A stretch of DNA of 64,000 nucleotides from Parcubacteria group bacterium M10-OD1-1 (GCA_003056145.1 LSNL01000003.1:73993-137992); one strand, 5' to 3'. Counted from the stretch's first letter, positions 20,280 through 32,488 are shown. Notes: generated by a model from the letters alone, not told the origin. Made by a program: numbers and translations.

Positions 20280-21785
20280 ATGGATAAAGATTATATTGTT
20301 GAACAATTAAAACAACAATTAGAAAATTTTGAAGCGACTACTCAAACAGAGAAAATTGGAGTAGTAGTTGAAGTGGGTGATGGAGTAGCTAAACTTTCTG
20401 GTTTAACCGAAGCAATGTCTAGCGAAATGTTAGAATTTCCTGATGGCATTATTGGAGTAGTTTTAAATTTAGAGGATGGTCAAATTGGAGCAATGATTCT
20501 AGGTAACTATGAGAATATTAAGGAAGGTGATGTTGTAAAATCAACTGGTAAAATATTATCTATTCCAGTTGGAGAGGCAATGATGGGGAGAGTTATTAAT
20601 CCATTGGGACAGATTATTGATGGTAAGGGAGAAGTGGAGACAGAGAAATTTTATCCGTTAGAAAAAATTGCTCCAGGAGTGATTACTCGTCAATCAGTTG
20701 ATCAACCAGTTCAAACTGGAATTAAAGCAATTGATGCAATGATTCCAATTGGTAGAGGTCAACGAGAATTGATTATCGGAGATAGACAAACAGGTAAAAC
20801 AGCTATTGCTATTGATACAATTATCAATCAGAAGAGTCAAAATATGAAATGCATCTATGTCGCTATTGGACAAAAAGAATCAAAAATAGCTAGAATTGTA
20901 GCGGAACTAGAAAAGAAAGGAGCTATGGATTATACTACTATAGTAGTAGCTGGAGCTTCTGATCCAGCAGCTTTTTCATTTATTGCTCCTTATGCAGGCT
21001 GTGCTTTAGGGGAATATTTTATGGATCAAGGACAAGATGTTTTAATAATTTATGATGATTTAAGCAAACATGCTTGGGCTTATCGTCAAATTTCTTTAAT
21101 CTTAAAACGACCACCAGGGAGAGAGGCTTATCCAGGAGATGTTTTTTATTTGCATTCTAGACTATTAGAAAGAAGTGCTAGATTAGATAAAACTTTTGGA
21201 GGAGGTTCTATGACAGCTTTACCTATTATTGAAACTCAAGGAGGAGATGTTTCCGCTTATATTCCAACTAACGTAATTTCTATTACGGATGGTCAGATAT
21301 ATCTGGAGTCAGATTTATTTTATAAGGGTATTCGTCCAGCGTTAAATGTTGGTTTGTCGGTATCTCGGGTTGGTTCTGCAGCACAAACAAAAGCAATGAA
21401 AAAAGTTGCTGGAAAATTAAGATTAGATCTAGCTCAATTTAGAGAGCTAGAGGCCTTTGCTCAGTTTGGATCAGATTTAGATAAAAGTACTCGTAATCAA
21501 ATTGAAAGAGGCAGACGAACAGTAGAAGTATTAAAACAAAGTCAGTATTCTCCAATGTCTATGAAAGACCAGGTGACAATTTTATATGCCCTAACTAATG
21601 GTTTTATGGATGATGTGGCAGTAGAAGATTTGAAAAAATGGGAGGATGATTTTCACCAATACTTTAAATCAACTGCGAGTGAGGTTTTAGAATTAATTGA
21701 TAAAAGAAAAGAATTATCAGAAGAAATAGTAGAAAAATTAGAAAAAGCGATTAAAGAATTCAAGGAAGTTTATCAGAGTAATTAA
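20280..21785 (+). CDS. atpA: ATP synthase subunit alpha
   Basis: [29 protein letters not shown]. Confidence 0.98.
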   Translation: MDKDYIVEQLKQQLENFEATTQTEKIGVVVEVGDGVAKLSGLTEAMSSEMLEFPDGIIGVVLNLEDGQIGAMILGNYENIKEGDVVKSTGKILSIPVGEAMMGRVINPLGQIIDGKGEVETEKFYPLEKIAPGVITRQSVDQPVQTGIKAIDAMIPIGRGQRELIIGDRQTGKTAIAIDTIINQKSQNMKCIYVAIGQKESKIARIVAELEKKGAMDYTTIVVAGASDPAAFSFIAPYAGCALGEYFMDQGQDVLIIYDDLSKHAWAYRQISLILKRPPGREAYPGDVFYLHSRLLERSARLDKTFGGGSMTALPIIETQGGDVSAYIPTNVISITDGQIYLESDLFYKGIRPALNVGLSVSRVGSAAQTKAMKKVAGKLRLDLAQFRELEAFAQFGSDLDKSTRNQIERGRRTVEVLKQSQYSPMSMKDQVTILYALTNGFMDDVAVEDLKKWEDDFHQYFKSTASEVLELIDKRKELSEEIVEKLEKAIKEFKEVYQSN

Positions 21786-21854
21786 TCAAAATTAAATTTT
21801 GGTTTTTAGAAAATAAAAAGTAATATTTAGAAGGTAAAAGAATTAAATAAATTT

Positions 21855-22811
21855 ATGGCTTCAGGAAAAGAAATTAAAAGAAGAATAAAATCAATTCATA
21901 ATACAGGGAAAATTACTCGGGCTATGGAAATGGTTTCTGCTGCTAAAATGCGAAAAGCTGTTAACAGTGTTCTGGCTATTCGTCCTTATGCTCATAGCGC
22001 GTGGAGTATTCTGACTAATCTCAGCCGTTCCTTTGAAAATTATACCGAAGGACTATTAGAAGTGCGTGAAGTAAAAAAAGTTTTAGCTGTCGTTATTACT
22101 TCTAATAAAGGTCTTTGTGGCTCATTTAATTCTCAAATGGTTAAAAAAATTAAGGAAGAATTACAAAATCCAGCTAAATTAAAAATCAATAGAATTGGAA
22201 AAAAGAAAATTATTTCTCAAGAAAAAGATCAAGATTTAAAAATTGATTTTATTTCAATCGGAAAAAAAGGAGGGAATATTGTTAGAAGATTAAGTAAAAA
22301 TATTATTGCTTCTTTTGATGAATTAACTTACCTACCAAAAGTTGATGATGTGCGTCCAGTCGGGAAGATAGTAATTGATGATTATTTAGCTAAAAAATAT
22401 GACAAGGTAGTTATTTTTTATACTAACTATGTCTCGGCTATCAAGCAAGAAACACGGATTCGTCAAATTTTGCCGATTTCTAAAATTGATTTAGAAAAAC
22501 AAATTGCGGAAATGGATGTATTAGCTAAAGAATATGGCTTAAATGAACCAGCAATAGAGTATAAAATTGAGCCAAGTCCAGAAGTTATTTTAAACGAAAT
22601 TTTTCCTAGAATTATTGAAATGCAAATCTATCATGCTATCTTAGAATCTAATGCTTCTAAGGAATCAGCAAGGATACTTGCAATGAATAGTGCGACTGAA
22701 GCAGCTAAAGAAATGGCAGATGACTTAACTTTTGCGTATAATCAAATTAGGCAAATGAAAATCACTCAAGAAATTGCTGAAATTTCTGCTGGTCGAGCGG
22801 CGTTGGAATAA
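21855..22811 (+). CDS. atpG: ATP synthase subunit gamma
   Basis: KITRAMEMVSAAK, GLCG, RQMKITQEIAEI. Confidence 0.97.
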   Translation: MASGKEIKRRIKSIHNTGKITRAMEMVSAAKMRKAVNSVLAIRPYAHSAWSILTNLSRSFENYTEGLLEVREVKKVLAVVITSNKGLCGSFNSQMVKKIKEELQNPAKLKINRIGKKKIISQEKDQDLKIDFISIGKKGGNIVRRLSKNIIASFDELTYLPKVDDVRPVGKIVIDDYLAKKYDKVVIFYTNYVSAIKQETRIRQILPISKIDLEKQIAEMDVLAKEYGLNEPAIEYKIEPSPEVILNEIFPRIIEMQIYHAILESNASKESARILAMNSATEAAKEMADDLTFAYNQIRQMKITQEIAEISAGRAALE

Positions 22812-22906
22812 TTTAAAATAAGGTTTGTAAAATGAGAAATAAAATCAAAGAGATTTTAAAAATAGTTAAATAAAGTAAATTAAGCCATAAGAATTAAAAA
22901 TTTTAA

Positions 22907-24322
<1,416 letters not shown>

Positions 24323-24326
24323 TTTT

Positions 24327-24761
24327 ATGTCAGTGAAAAAAATAAAATTTAAAATTGTGACTCCAGAAAAAACTGTTTTTGAGGATAAAATTGAACAAGC
24401 TACTTTGCCAGTTATGGGAGGAGAAGTAACTATCTTACCTAACCATCGTTCTTATATTGCTGGTATTAAAGCTGGTGAAATCATTTTACGCAAAGGAGAG
24501 GAGGAAATTAGCTTGGCAGTTGCTGGTGGATTTTTAGAATTTGCTAATAATAAGTTAATAGTTTTAGCGGATAGTGCAGAACGAGCTGAACTAATTGATT
24601 TAAAAGAAGCTGAGGAAGCGAGGAAAAGAGCTGAAGAGTTAAAGAAAAAGAAAATTTCTATGGACGATGCTGAATATGCACGAACAGTTGCTTTAATTGA
24701 AAAAGAAATGGTAAGAGTAAAAGTGGCTAGAAAACAATATAGAAAAAGTCATTTGAAATAG
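24327..24761 (+). CDS. atpC: ATP synthase subunit epsilon
   Basis: IVTPE, GEVTILPNH, GGFLE. Confidence 0.95.
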   Translation: MSVKKIKFKIVTPEKTVFEDKIEQATLPVMGGEVTILPNHRSYIAGIKAGEIILRKGEEEISLAVAGGFLEFANNKLIVLADSAERAELIDLKEAEEARKRAEELKKKKISMDDAEYARTVALIEKEMVRVKVARKQYRKSHLK

Positions 24762-24781
24762 CTAAAAAATAATCTAAAAAT

Positions 24782-25630
24782 ATGAGTATTGAAAAAATGT
24801 CATTAAAAAATACTTCTGAGGAAAATAAGATAGCTGAAGAAGAAAAAAGGAAAAGAGTAGAAAATATTTGGCGAGGGGATAATGAAGGATATGAAGATTC
24901 GGTTATGGATTTAGCTAAAAAAGAAGATAAAAGAAGAATGATACTAAAAAATTTATCAGTTAAATTGTCTAAAGAAGAAATTGATATGTTGGCAGATAGT
25001 TTTTCAGATGAAGTTTTAAAGGCGATAGAGATTAATAAAGAAAAATTAAAGGATTCTTTAACAGGAATTTTTAACAGATCTTTTTTCCAAGAAAATATTC
25101 CTAAGATTCTAAATATTGAAAAAAGAGAAGGTGGAAATTGTGCTCTCCTTTTTATTGATTTCGATAATTTTAAGTCTATTAATGATAACTATGGACACCA
25201 AGCTGGTGACGAAGCTTTAAAACAAATAGTAAAAACTATTCAAGGAAAAATTAGAAAATCTGATTTTTTATTTCGTTGGGGAGGAGATGAATTTGCGATG
25301 TTTACTTCAGCTTTTAAAAAAACAGAAGATATATTAAAATTAGCAGAAAAAATAGTTCAAGCGGTAGCGGATACACCTATTAAAATTACTATTAATGGGA
25401 CAGAAAAGGAAATAGTTAGAACAATTAGTGTTGGTTGCGCTGTAACAAATCAAATATCAGAGTGGAAGAAAAATGAAAATGAATTTAAAGAAGAAGAAGT
25501 TCTGAAAAAATTAGAAGCTTTTGCTGATGCAGCAGTCTATAAATCTAAAAAAAATGGCAAGGGAAAAGTATCAATGTATGACGCTAATGATGAAGAAATT
25601 AAAGAAGGGTTAAATAAAGATCTAAATTAA
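24782..25630 (+). CDS. Diguanylate cyclase (GGDEF)
   Basis: DSLTGIFNR, DFDNFKSINDNYGHQAGD, RKSD I-site and RWGGDEF. Confidence 0.93.
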   Translation: MSIEKMSLKNTSEENKIAEEEKRKRVENIWRGDNEGYEDSVMDLAKKEDKRRMILKNLSVKLSKEEIDMLADSFSDEVLKAIEINKEKLKDSLTGIFNRSFFQENIPKILNIEKREGGNCALLFIDFDNFKSINDNYGHQAGDEALKQIVKTIQGKIRKSDFLFRWGGDEFAMFTSAFKKTEDILKLAEKIVQAVADTPIKITINGTEKEIVRTISVGCAVTNQISEWKKNENEFKEEEVLKKLEAFADAAVYKSKKNGKGKVSMYDANDEEIKEGLNKDLN

Positions 25631-25636
25631 AATAAT

Positions 25637-26278
25637 ATGGAAAATAACTTAGAAAATAACTTAGAAAATCCAACTCTAAAATTAGCAGATGATAATTTTA
25701 AAAGTTGGAACGAAGCCTTAGAAAAAGGAGAAGCTAAAGAAGTAGCTAAAAAATATTTAGAAGAGGGAGAGCTTTTTGGAACGGTTTCAGCTAAAATTAG
25801 AAAAGGACAAAAAGAAATAGAAGGTTATTTCGACCATTTTTTAGAAATAGATCCTTCAGGTGAAGTTATAGAAAGAAAAACAATTAACATTTCTACAAAA
25901 GCTTTTTTAGACAGTGGTTTATATAATTTTCAAGTTACTAGAGATGGTAAAAAACAGACAATAGAAGCAATGTTTACTTATATTTGGCAGAAAGATGAAA
26001 ATGGAGAATGGAAGATTAAACATCATCATTCGGCAGTGAAAGATGAAAATAATGAAAAATTATCCAGCCAAAAAGAAGTCTTAGATTTAAGAAGTGATAA
26101 TATTAAATGGGGAACTGATAAAGAAATTAGTAAAGGAATATTTTTACGAACTGGATTTTTAAAACAAAATAATAATTTGACATCAAGATTTACTTATCTA
26201 GTCAAAAATAGCGATAATGAAGCTGAAGAAACAATTTATCAACAAATATCAGTGTGTCCAGAGGATCAAGGCGTGTAA
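25637..26278 (+). CDS. NTF2-like protein (DUF4440 / CaMKII association-domain-like)
   Basis: WNEAL...GTVS..IR....I..YF.HFL, FTY and WKIKHHHS. A degenerate second half-repeat (RFTY...SVCPE) follows. Confidence 0.75.
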   Translation: MENNLENNLENPTLKLADDNFKSWNEALEKGEAKEVAKKYLEEGELFGTVSAKIRKGQKEIEGYFDHFLEIDPSGEVIERKTINISTKAFLDSGLYNFQVTRDGKKQTIEAMFTYIWQKDENGEWKIKHHHSAVKDENNEKLSSQKEVLDLRSDNIKWGTDKEISKGIFLRTGFLKQNNNLTSRFTYLVKNSDNEAEETIYQQISVCPEDQGV

Positions 26279-26337
26279 TCTAGGTTTAATTTATTTGAAA
26301 AAAATAAAAAATATAGTAGAAATAATAAAAATTAATT

Positions 26338-29259
26338 ATGAAAGATTATAATTTTGGACAAATAGAAAGAAAATGGCAGGATAAATGGAGTAAAGATAGT
26401 TTGTATCAAACGCAAGACTCCGAAGATAAACCGAAATATTACATTTTAGATATGTTTCCTTATCCATCAGGAGCAGGGCTTCATGTTGGGCATCCTAAGG
26501 GTTATATTGCAACAGATATTGTAGCTAGGATGAAAATGTTGCAAGGTTATAATGTGCTTCATCCAATGGGATGGGACGCTTTTGGTTTGCCGGCAGAAAA
26601 TTTTGCGATTAAAAATAAAGTTCATCCACGAGAAATGAATGAGCGAAATATAGCTACCTTTAAAAGTCAATTAGAAAAAATAGGATTTAGTTACGATTGG
26701 AATAGAGAAATAAATACTACAGATCCAGAATTTTATAAGTGGACACAGTGGATATTTTTACAAATGTTTAAAAAAGGATTAGCTTATGAATCTTACGAGC
26801 CGATAAATTGGTGTCCTTCTTGCCAGACTGGTTTAGCTAATGAGGATTTAGAAGATGGGCGATGTGAAAGATGTGATAGTGAAATTGAACAAAAGCCAAT
26901 GCGACAATGGGTTTTAAAAATTACAGACTACGCTGAAAGAATGTTAAATGATCTAGAGAAATTACCAGAATGGGACAATTCAATTAAAGAAATGCAAAAA
27001 AATTGGATAGGAAAATCAGAAGGAGCTTTGGTGAAATTTGAAGTAAGAATTTCGAATTTTGATTCAAATTCTAATGATTTAATTTCAGAGAATAAAAATT
27101 TAAAATTAAATATTGAGGTGTTTACTACAAGGATTGATACAATTTTTTCGGCGGCTTTTGTGGTGGTAGCACCAGAACATCGATTAATTGAGAAATTAAA
27201 AGAGCAAATTGAAAATTATGATGAAGTTATTGATTATGTAAAAAAAGCGAAAAATAAAACTGACTTACAGAGAACAGATTTAGAGAAAGATAAGACTGGT
27301 GTAGAATTAAAAGGAATTAAAGCTATAAATCCAGCTAATAACAAAGAAATTCCTGTTTGGATTGCTGATTTCGTATTAGGATATTATGGAACAGGAGCTG
27401 TTTTTGCTGATGCTCACGATGAACGAGATTTTGAGTTTGCAAAAAAATATAATATTCCTTTAACTGAATCGATTGCGCCGTTATTTACAGGAACATGCAA
27501 TGATAAACCAAGAAAAGATAAAAAAACTGTTAAAAGAAGAAATATTGAAGCTATTATCAAACATTGGGAAAAAGATGAATATTTTTGTTTAAATTGGAAA
27601 TTCAATAATTGGAAATCTTTTATTATAGGTGGTATTGAAAAAGATGAAAGCATAGAAGATGCTGCAATCAGAGAAATCAAGGAGGAATCTGGTTATCAAA
27701 ATATGAAAGTTATTAAAAATATTGGTTATGAGATGCATAGCGAATTTTTTGCACCACATAAAGATATAAATAGGTATGCTCAGAGAAATTGTGTGTATAT
27801 TGAATTATTAGATGGTGAATATAAAAAACCTAGATTAGAAGATATTAAAAATCATAATGGAAGTTGGATTAAAAAAGAAGAAGTTGATAAATTTTTGACT
27901 ATTAAAGAATCAAAAATATCTTGGGATATTTTACAAAATGGCGAAAAACCCTTTACGAAAAAAGGTATATTGATAAATTCGGAACAATTCAATGGAATGA
28001 CTTCGGATGAAGCAATGCCAAAAATTATTGAATGGTTGAGGAAAAAAGGCTTGGCGGAAAAAGAGGTTAATTATAAATTGAAAGACTGGGTATTTTCTCG
28101 ACAAAGATATTGGGGTGAACCGATTCCAATTATTCATTGTGAAAAATGTGGAGTAGTTCCCGTACCAGAAAAAGATTTGCCAGTTGTTTTACCAGAAGTT
28201 GAAAGTTATGAACCAACTGGAACAGGGGAGTCGCCTTTGGCTAATATTAAAGATTGGGTGAATACTAAATGTCCAAAATGCGACGGTAAAGCTAAACGAG
28301 AAACTAACACTATGCCACAATGGGCGGGATCAAGCTGGTATTATTTACGATATATTGATCCGCATAATGACAAGGCTCTAGTAGATAAAGACAAAGAAAA
28401 ATATTGGTCACCAGTTGATTTTTATGTGGGTGGAGCAGAGCATGCTACGAGGCATTTAATTTATGCGCGTTTTTGGCATAAATTTCTATTTGATATTGGT
28501 ATGGTTAATTATGAAGAACCGTTTATTAAATTACAACATGTCGGCTTGATTATGGCTGAGGATGGACGAAAAATGAGTAAGCGTTGGGGAAATGTAATCA
28601 ATCCAGATGATATTGTGGAAGAGTTCGGTGCTGATGCTATGCGAGTTTATGAAATGTTTATGGGTCCATTTGCTCAAAGTTGTGATTGGAGCACGAAAGG
28701 ATTAATTGGTGCTAAAAGATTTCTTGAAAAAGTCTGGCGATTGTTTCAAGAAAAAGAATTGATTAGTTGTGAGGGCAAATGCGCTGAGATATCAAAAACA
28801 ATTCCTCCTTTATTTCATAAAACAATTAAAAAAGTCGGCGAAGATATTGAAAGTATGAATTTTAATACAGCCATTTCACAAATGATGATTTTTGTAAACG
28901 AGTGTTCTTGCCATAAGCTTTTACCGAAATCGGCAATGGAAAATTTTTTAATATTGCTATCGCCGTTTGCTCCCCATATTGCAGAAGAAATTTGGACTAA
29001 TTTAGGACACGAAAAATCTATTTTTTTAGAAAAATGGCCAGAATTTAATCCTAATATGATTAAAAATAAAATAATTGAAATGGTAATTCAAGTTAATGGA
29101 AAAGTACGGGATAAAATTCAAGTGTCAGCAGATATTTCCGAAACTGAAATTAAAAAGAAAGCTTTAGCTAGTGAGAAAATACAAAAGTATATTAGTAATC
29201 AAGAAATTAAAAAAGTTATTTTTGTCCCAGGAAAAATATTTAATTTAGTAGTAGAATAA
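26338..29259 (+). CDS. leuS: Leucine--tRNA ligase with inserted Nudix domain
   Basis: MFPYPSGAGLHVGH, SRQRYWGEPIP and KMSKR. Nudix box GGIEKDESIEDAAIREIKEESGY lies in the CP1 region. Confidence 0.96.
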   Translation: MKDYNFGQIERKWQDKWSKDSLYQTQDSEDKPKYYILDMFPYPSGAGLHVGHPKGYIATDIVARMKMLQGYNVLHPMGWDAFGLPAENFAIKNKVHPREMNERNIATFKSQLEKIGFSYDWNREINTTDPEFYKWTQWIFLQMFKKGLAYESYEPINWCPSCQTGLANEDLEDGRCERCDSEIEQKPMRQWVLKITDYAERMLNDLEKLPEWDNSIKEMQKNWIGKSEGALVKFEVRISNFDSNSNDLISENKNLKLNIEVFTTRIDTIFSAAFVVVAPEHRLIEKLKEQIENYDEVIDYVKKAKNKTDLQRTDLEKDKTGVELKGIKAINPANNKEIPVWIADFVLGYYGTGAVFADAHDERDFEFAKKYNIPLTESIAPLFTGTCNDKPRKDKKTVKRRNIEAIIKHWEKDEYFCLNWKFNNWKSFIIGGIEKDESIEDAAIREIKEESGYQNMKVIKNIGYEMHSEFFAPHKDINRYAQRNCVYIELLDGEYKKPRLEDIKNHNGSWIKKEEVDKFLTIKESKISWDILQNGEKPFTKKGILINSEQFNGMTSDEAMPKIIEWLRKKGLAEKEVNYKLKDWVFSRQRYWGEPIPIIHCEKCGVVPVPEKDLPVVLPEVESYEPTGTGESPLANIKDWVNTKCPKCDGKAKRETNTMPQWAGSSWYYLRYIDPHNDKALVDKDKEKYWSPVDFYVGGAEHATRHLIYARFWHKFLFDIGMVNYEEPFIKLQHVGLIMAEDGRKMSKRWGNVINPDDIVEEFGADAMRVYEMFMGPFAQSCDWSTKGLIGAKRFLEKVWRLFQEKELISCEGKCAEISKTIPPLFHKTIKKVGEDIESMNFNTAISQMMIFVNECSCHKLLPKSAMENFLILLSPFAPHIAEEIWTNLGHEKSIFLEKWPEFNPNMIKNKIIEMVIQVNGKVRDKIQVSADISETEIKKKALASEKIQKYISNQEIKKVIFVPGKIFNLVVE

Positions 29260-29327
29260 TTTTTATTAAAAATAAAAATTGTAAGTTAGTGGGTCTACAA
29301 GTATAATTATTTAATCACTTACAATTT

Positions 29328-30008
29328 ATGCAAGTAGTTATATTAGCTGCTGGACGAGGAAAACGAATGAAAAACCTTACTCGTGCTACCGCTAAATCAA
29401 TGCTAAAAATAAAGGGCAAGCCGATTCTAGCTCATAAAATTGATGCCTTGCCTAAAAGTATAAAAGAAATAATTTTTGTTGTTGGTTATCATAGTATGCA
29501 TATAATTTCTTATTTTAAGAGATATTATCAAGGAAGAAGAATTATTTATGTTTTTCAAACTAATTTGAATGGTACTGGCGGAGCCTTGCATTTAACTAAA
29601 AGTATTTTGAAGAATAAATTTTTAGTAATGATGGGTGATGATTTATATTGTCGAAAGAATATTTCTCAGATGATTAAATTAGATTTAGCTATTTTGGGAC
29701 ATCAAGTAGAGGAGGTAAGCCAGTTTGGAATTATTAAAACTAATCGTCAGGGATATATGATTGATGTAATTGAAAAGCCAAAAAAATCTAAATGTAAACT
29801 TGCTAATACAGGAATGTATCTTTTAAATAAAAAGTTTTTTGATTATGAATTAGTGTCTATTAGTAAAGGTAATTTTGGTTTGCCTCAAACTTTAGCTAAA
29901 ATGGCTAAAAAACATAAAATAAAAGTTGTAGAAGCTAACAATTGGTTGCCGATTGAAGAAGTAAAAGATTTAGAAAAAGCCAAAAAATATTTGACAAAAT
30001 TTTTATAA
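29328..30008 (+). CDS. Sugar-phosphate nucleotidyltransferase family protein
   Basis: ILAAGRGKRM, GTGGA, GDDL, EKP, NTGMY. Confidence 0.88.
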   Translation: MQVVILAAGRGKRMKNLTRATAKSMLKIKGKPILAHKIDALPKSIKEIIFVVGYHSMHIISYFKRYYQGRRIIYVFQTNLNGTGGALHLTKSILKNKFLVMMGDDLYCRKNISQMIKLDLAILGHQVEEVSQFGIIKTNRQGYMIDVIEKPKKSKCKLANTGMYLLNKKFFDYELVSISKGNFGLPQTLAKMAKKHKIKVVEANNWLPIEEVKDLEKAKKYLTKFL

Positions 30009-30169
30009 AAGCTATTTCTTGTGCGAGAGGTTGTCTCTAGTAAAAAAAGAAAGGTTTTTGGATATTTAGCTTAAAGATAGCTTTAAAGAATATTTTTTAA
30101 AACTTAAGTTTATTCCTCGTAGGTTATATTTTTTTAAAAGAATTTTCAGGGTAGCCTTTTTTATAAAAC

Positions 30170-30206
30170 AAAAAAGGCTACCAATCAAAGATTTGACTGG
30201 TAGCCT
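30170..30206 (-). terminator. Intrinsic terminator of the small minus-strand ORF
   Basis: Stem aggctacca...tggtagcct followed on the minus strand by a U-run. Overlaps an alternative hairpin at 30150-30182. Confidence 0.65.
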
Positions 30207-30210
30207 AACA

Positions 30211-30378
30211 TTATATTTTGAGTGATAACATAAGCACAATCAATGTGCCAATGACCACCCTTCCCCAAAGAGGAAGATAATCTTCCTCTTCTCTCCAAAC
30301 TTCCTTTAGTGGGCGAATTCTCTTATAGATTTTTTGATAACGAGGGAAATAACCCTCGCTATATTTACTGATGAGCAT
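30211..30378 (-). CDS. 55-aa small protein with hydrophobic C-terminus (not in ORF track)
   Basis: MLISKYSEGYFPRYQKIYKRIRPLKEVWREEEDYLPLWGRVVIGTLIVLMLSLKI. SD GGAGGAGGAGG upstream and terminator immediately downstream. Confidence 0.65.
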   Translation of the reverse strand: MLISKYSEGYFPRYQKIYKRIRPLKEVWREEEDYLPLWGRVVIGTLIVLMLSLKI

Positions 30379-30521
30379 TGTTTCTCCTCCTCCTCCGTTG
30401 GATTTTAAAAAACTATAATAAACAAGTATAACTTAAATAACAATATTTGTCAATAGCCCTGAATTAAAAGTTAATTACTAATAGAAAGATCATAACTGAG
30501 AAATTTAATTAAAAGTGAAAA

Positions 30522-31793
30522 TTAATGTTTATGTTTCTTGTGTCGACTGGTCTTGTTGAGGATAGGAGTGGAACCAGGATGAGGGTATTTGCTAGGAGAA
30601 GCGTAATTACTATTAAAAATGTCTTCTCGGATTAGCTTTTTATTTCTATCAAAAACTTCTTGTGTAAAAGTAGTCTTTAGGGAGCCGTCTGGCTTTTTTT
30701 CAATCACCGTAGGTCCAATTATTTTAACTTTTCTACCATCGTTAGTTCCATAAAAATCAAAAATTAATTCTGTTCTTTTAACTTTTACTTCTATTAAAAT
30801 ATAACCAGGTGTATTATTAATAAATTTTAAATCAGGACGAGGTATGTAAACAGTGGCGTCCATCCCTTGAGGATTGTAGTAACTAACTGGATAAGCATGA
30901 TTTTTCCTAGCGGTTATTTCTAGGCCAGAATTTATGGCCGCCCTAAAAGCGGTTGTAGATAATTGGCAAATTCCTCCTCCAAAATCTGGTTCAGTTTTAT
31001 TTTTTTTAATGACTAACTCAGGTAGATATCCGTGATCGGCATCTACTGCTCCTAAAGTTTTAATAAAAGAAAATTCTTCCTTCGGTTTTATTAAAACTCC
31101 ATTAAATCTTTTATTAGCTACTTTAATATTATAGACTCTATTGTGAGGAGAGCCAATAAAATTTGAACGACCCTCTCCGATTAAACTGGTAATACCTAAA
31201 TTATTGACTGAACTAGTAGCTATAACAGGAGGAATTTCCCTAAAAGGAAGAATGACTGGATTGGTATAGTTTAGTTTTTTAAGATAGTTGACAATAGTCG
31301 CAATACTATTATTTTCTTCTAACTGTAAACCAGAGGCACTTAAAGTGAAAACAATCACCTTGCCATTATCTATTTTTAATTTAGCATTTTCTGGATCTTT
31401 ATTGGCTTTTCTGGCAATATCTTTAACCGAACTACCAATAGCTTGAGGATTAACAGTCAAGGCGAAGGTTCTTTTTAGATGATTAGATTTTTTATTTGAA
31501 AAAGTTAATTGGCAAATGAAAGACTTTTTATAGATACAATAATTAGTATTTTCAATTTCCGAAGTGTAGTGAGGAGTATAAGTTAATTGACTATTTTCTT
31601 TCAACCAATGACTAATCTCTAATTTAGGCAACGAGTAGGTATTTTTATTGACTGTTAAATTTATTTCTGATGGAAGTTGATTTAAAAAAAAGGTTTTAGA
31701 AAAATTTCCTAAAATAACATTTTGAGCTTGAGCAATAGAATTGCTAGCTAAAAATAAAGTTAGAATTATAAATAAATAAATAGTAAATTTCAT
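30522..31793 (-). CDS. VanW family protein
   Basis: Signal peptide; GGGICQLSTT, RKNHAYPV, GMDATV, DLKFIN. Confidence 0.9.
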   Translation of the reverse strand: MKFTIYLFIILTLFLASNSIAQAQNVILGNFSKTFFLNQLPSEINLTVNKNTYSLPKLEISHWLKENSQLTYTPHYTSEIENTNYCIYKKSFICQLTFSNKKSNHLKRTFALTVNPQAIGSSVKDIARKANKDPENAKLKIDNGKVIVFTLSASGLQLEENNSIATIVNYLKKLNYTNPVILPFREIPPVIATSSVNNLGITSLIGEGRSNFIGSPHNRVYNIKVANKRFNGVLIKPKEEFSFIKTLGAVDADHGYLPELVIKKNKTEPDFGGGICQLSTTAFRAAINSGLEITARKNHAYPVSYYNPQGMDATVYIPRPDLKFINNTPGYILIEVKVKRTELIFDFYGTNDGRKVKIIGPTVIEKKPDGSLKTTFTQEVFDRNKKLIREDIFNSNYASPSKYPHPGSTPILNKTSRHKKHKH

Positions 31794-31852
31794 AATTTAA
31801 GAATATATTAAAAAATGAAGGAAATCAAATTTAAATTTAGCTCTAAGAGCTA

Positions 31853-31883
31853 TAATAAAACACAGAATAACTGTGTTTTATTA
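31853..31883. terminator. Hairpin downstream of Hsp20
   Basis: taataaaacacag-aataa-ctgtgttttatta. Confidence 0.6.
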
Positions 31884-31917
31884 AAATTTTTTCAATAAAT
31901 TGGAAATTATTAGCTAG

Positions 31918-32448
31918 CTAAAAACCTCTAACTTGAATTTTTTTCGTCTTAGTGTTATCAGCTTTCGGAAGTTTAATAGTTAAGATTCCATTTTTCATAG
32001 AAGCTTCTGTTTTATCAGTTAAAACATCAACAGGCAAAATTACTGATCTAGAAAAACCTCCCCAATAGCATTCCTGATAATAATAATTATCTTCGGATAC
32101 TTCTTCCTCTTGCTTTCTTTCTCCACGAATCGTAATCATATCATTATTGATACTTACATCTAAATCTTCAGGCTTAACACCAGCGATAGTTGATTTGATA
32201 ACAATATCACTATCAGTCTGATAAACATCAATAGTTAACTGTCCTTCTCCATCTTCTTGAGGTATTTGAGCAAAAGAATTATTTTCTTGTAAACTAGAAT
32301 TATTAGAAGGACTAATCGTCATTTCCTCCTCCGTTTCTTCGTAGATGTTGCTAATTGGGTTCATTTTTTCAGTTCGAGAAAATTCTTCTTCTTCAATATT
32401 TTTGGAACCAGTTAATTTTTCAAAAAAGGATTTCTTTATTTTAGTCAT
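31918..32448 (-). CDS. Hsp20/alpha-crystallin small heat shock protein
   Basis: DVYQT, GVKPEDLDV, GGFSRSVILP, ASMKNGILTIKLPK. Confidence 0.93.
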   Translation of the reverse strand: MTKIKKSFFEKLTGSKNIEEEEFSRTEKMNPISNIYEETEEEMTISPSNNSSLQENNSFAQIPQEDGEGQLTIDVYQTDSDIVIKSTIAGVKPEDLDVSINNDMITIRGERKQEEEVSEDNYYYQECYWGGFSRSVILPVDVLTDKTEASMKNGILTIKLPKADNTKTKKIQVRGF

Positions 32449-32488
32449 AGCAATTTTTTTATTTTAGTTAGCTTAGTTAAATTATAAT

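Noticed and set aside
25640-25669. Short 12-bp tandem repeat encoding ENNL-ENNL-EN
   Set aside because: Simple low-complexity N-terminal slippage with no sign of function.
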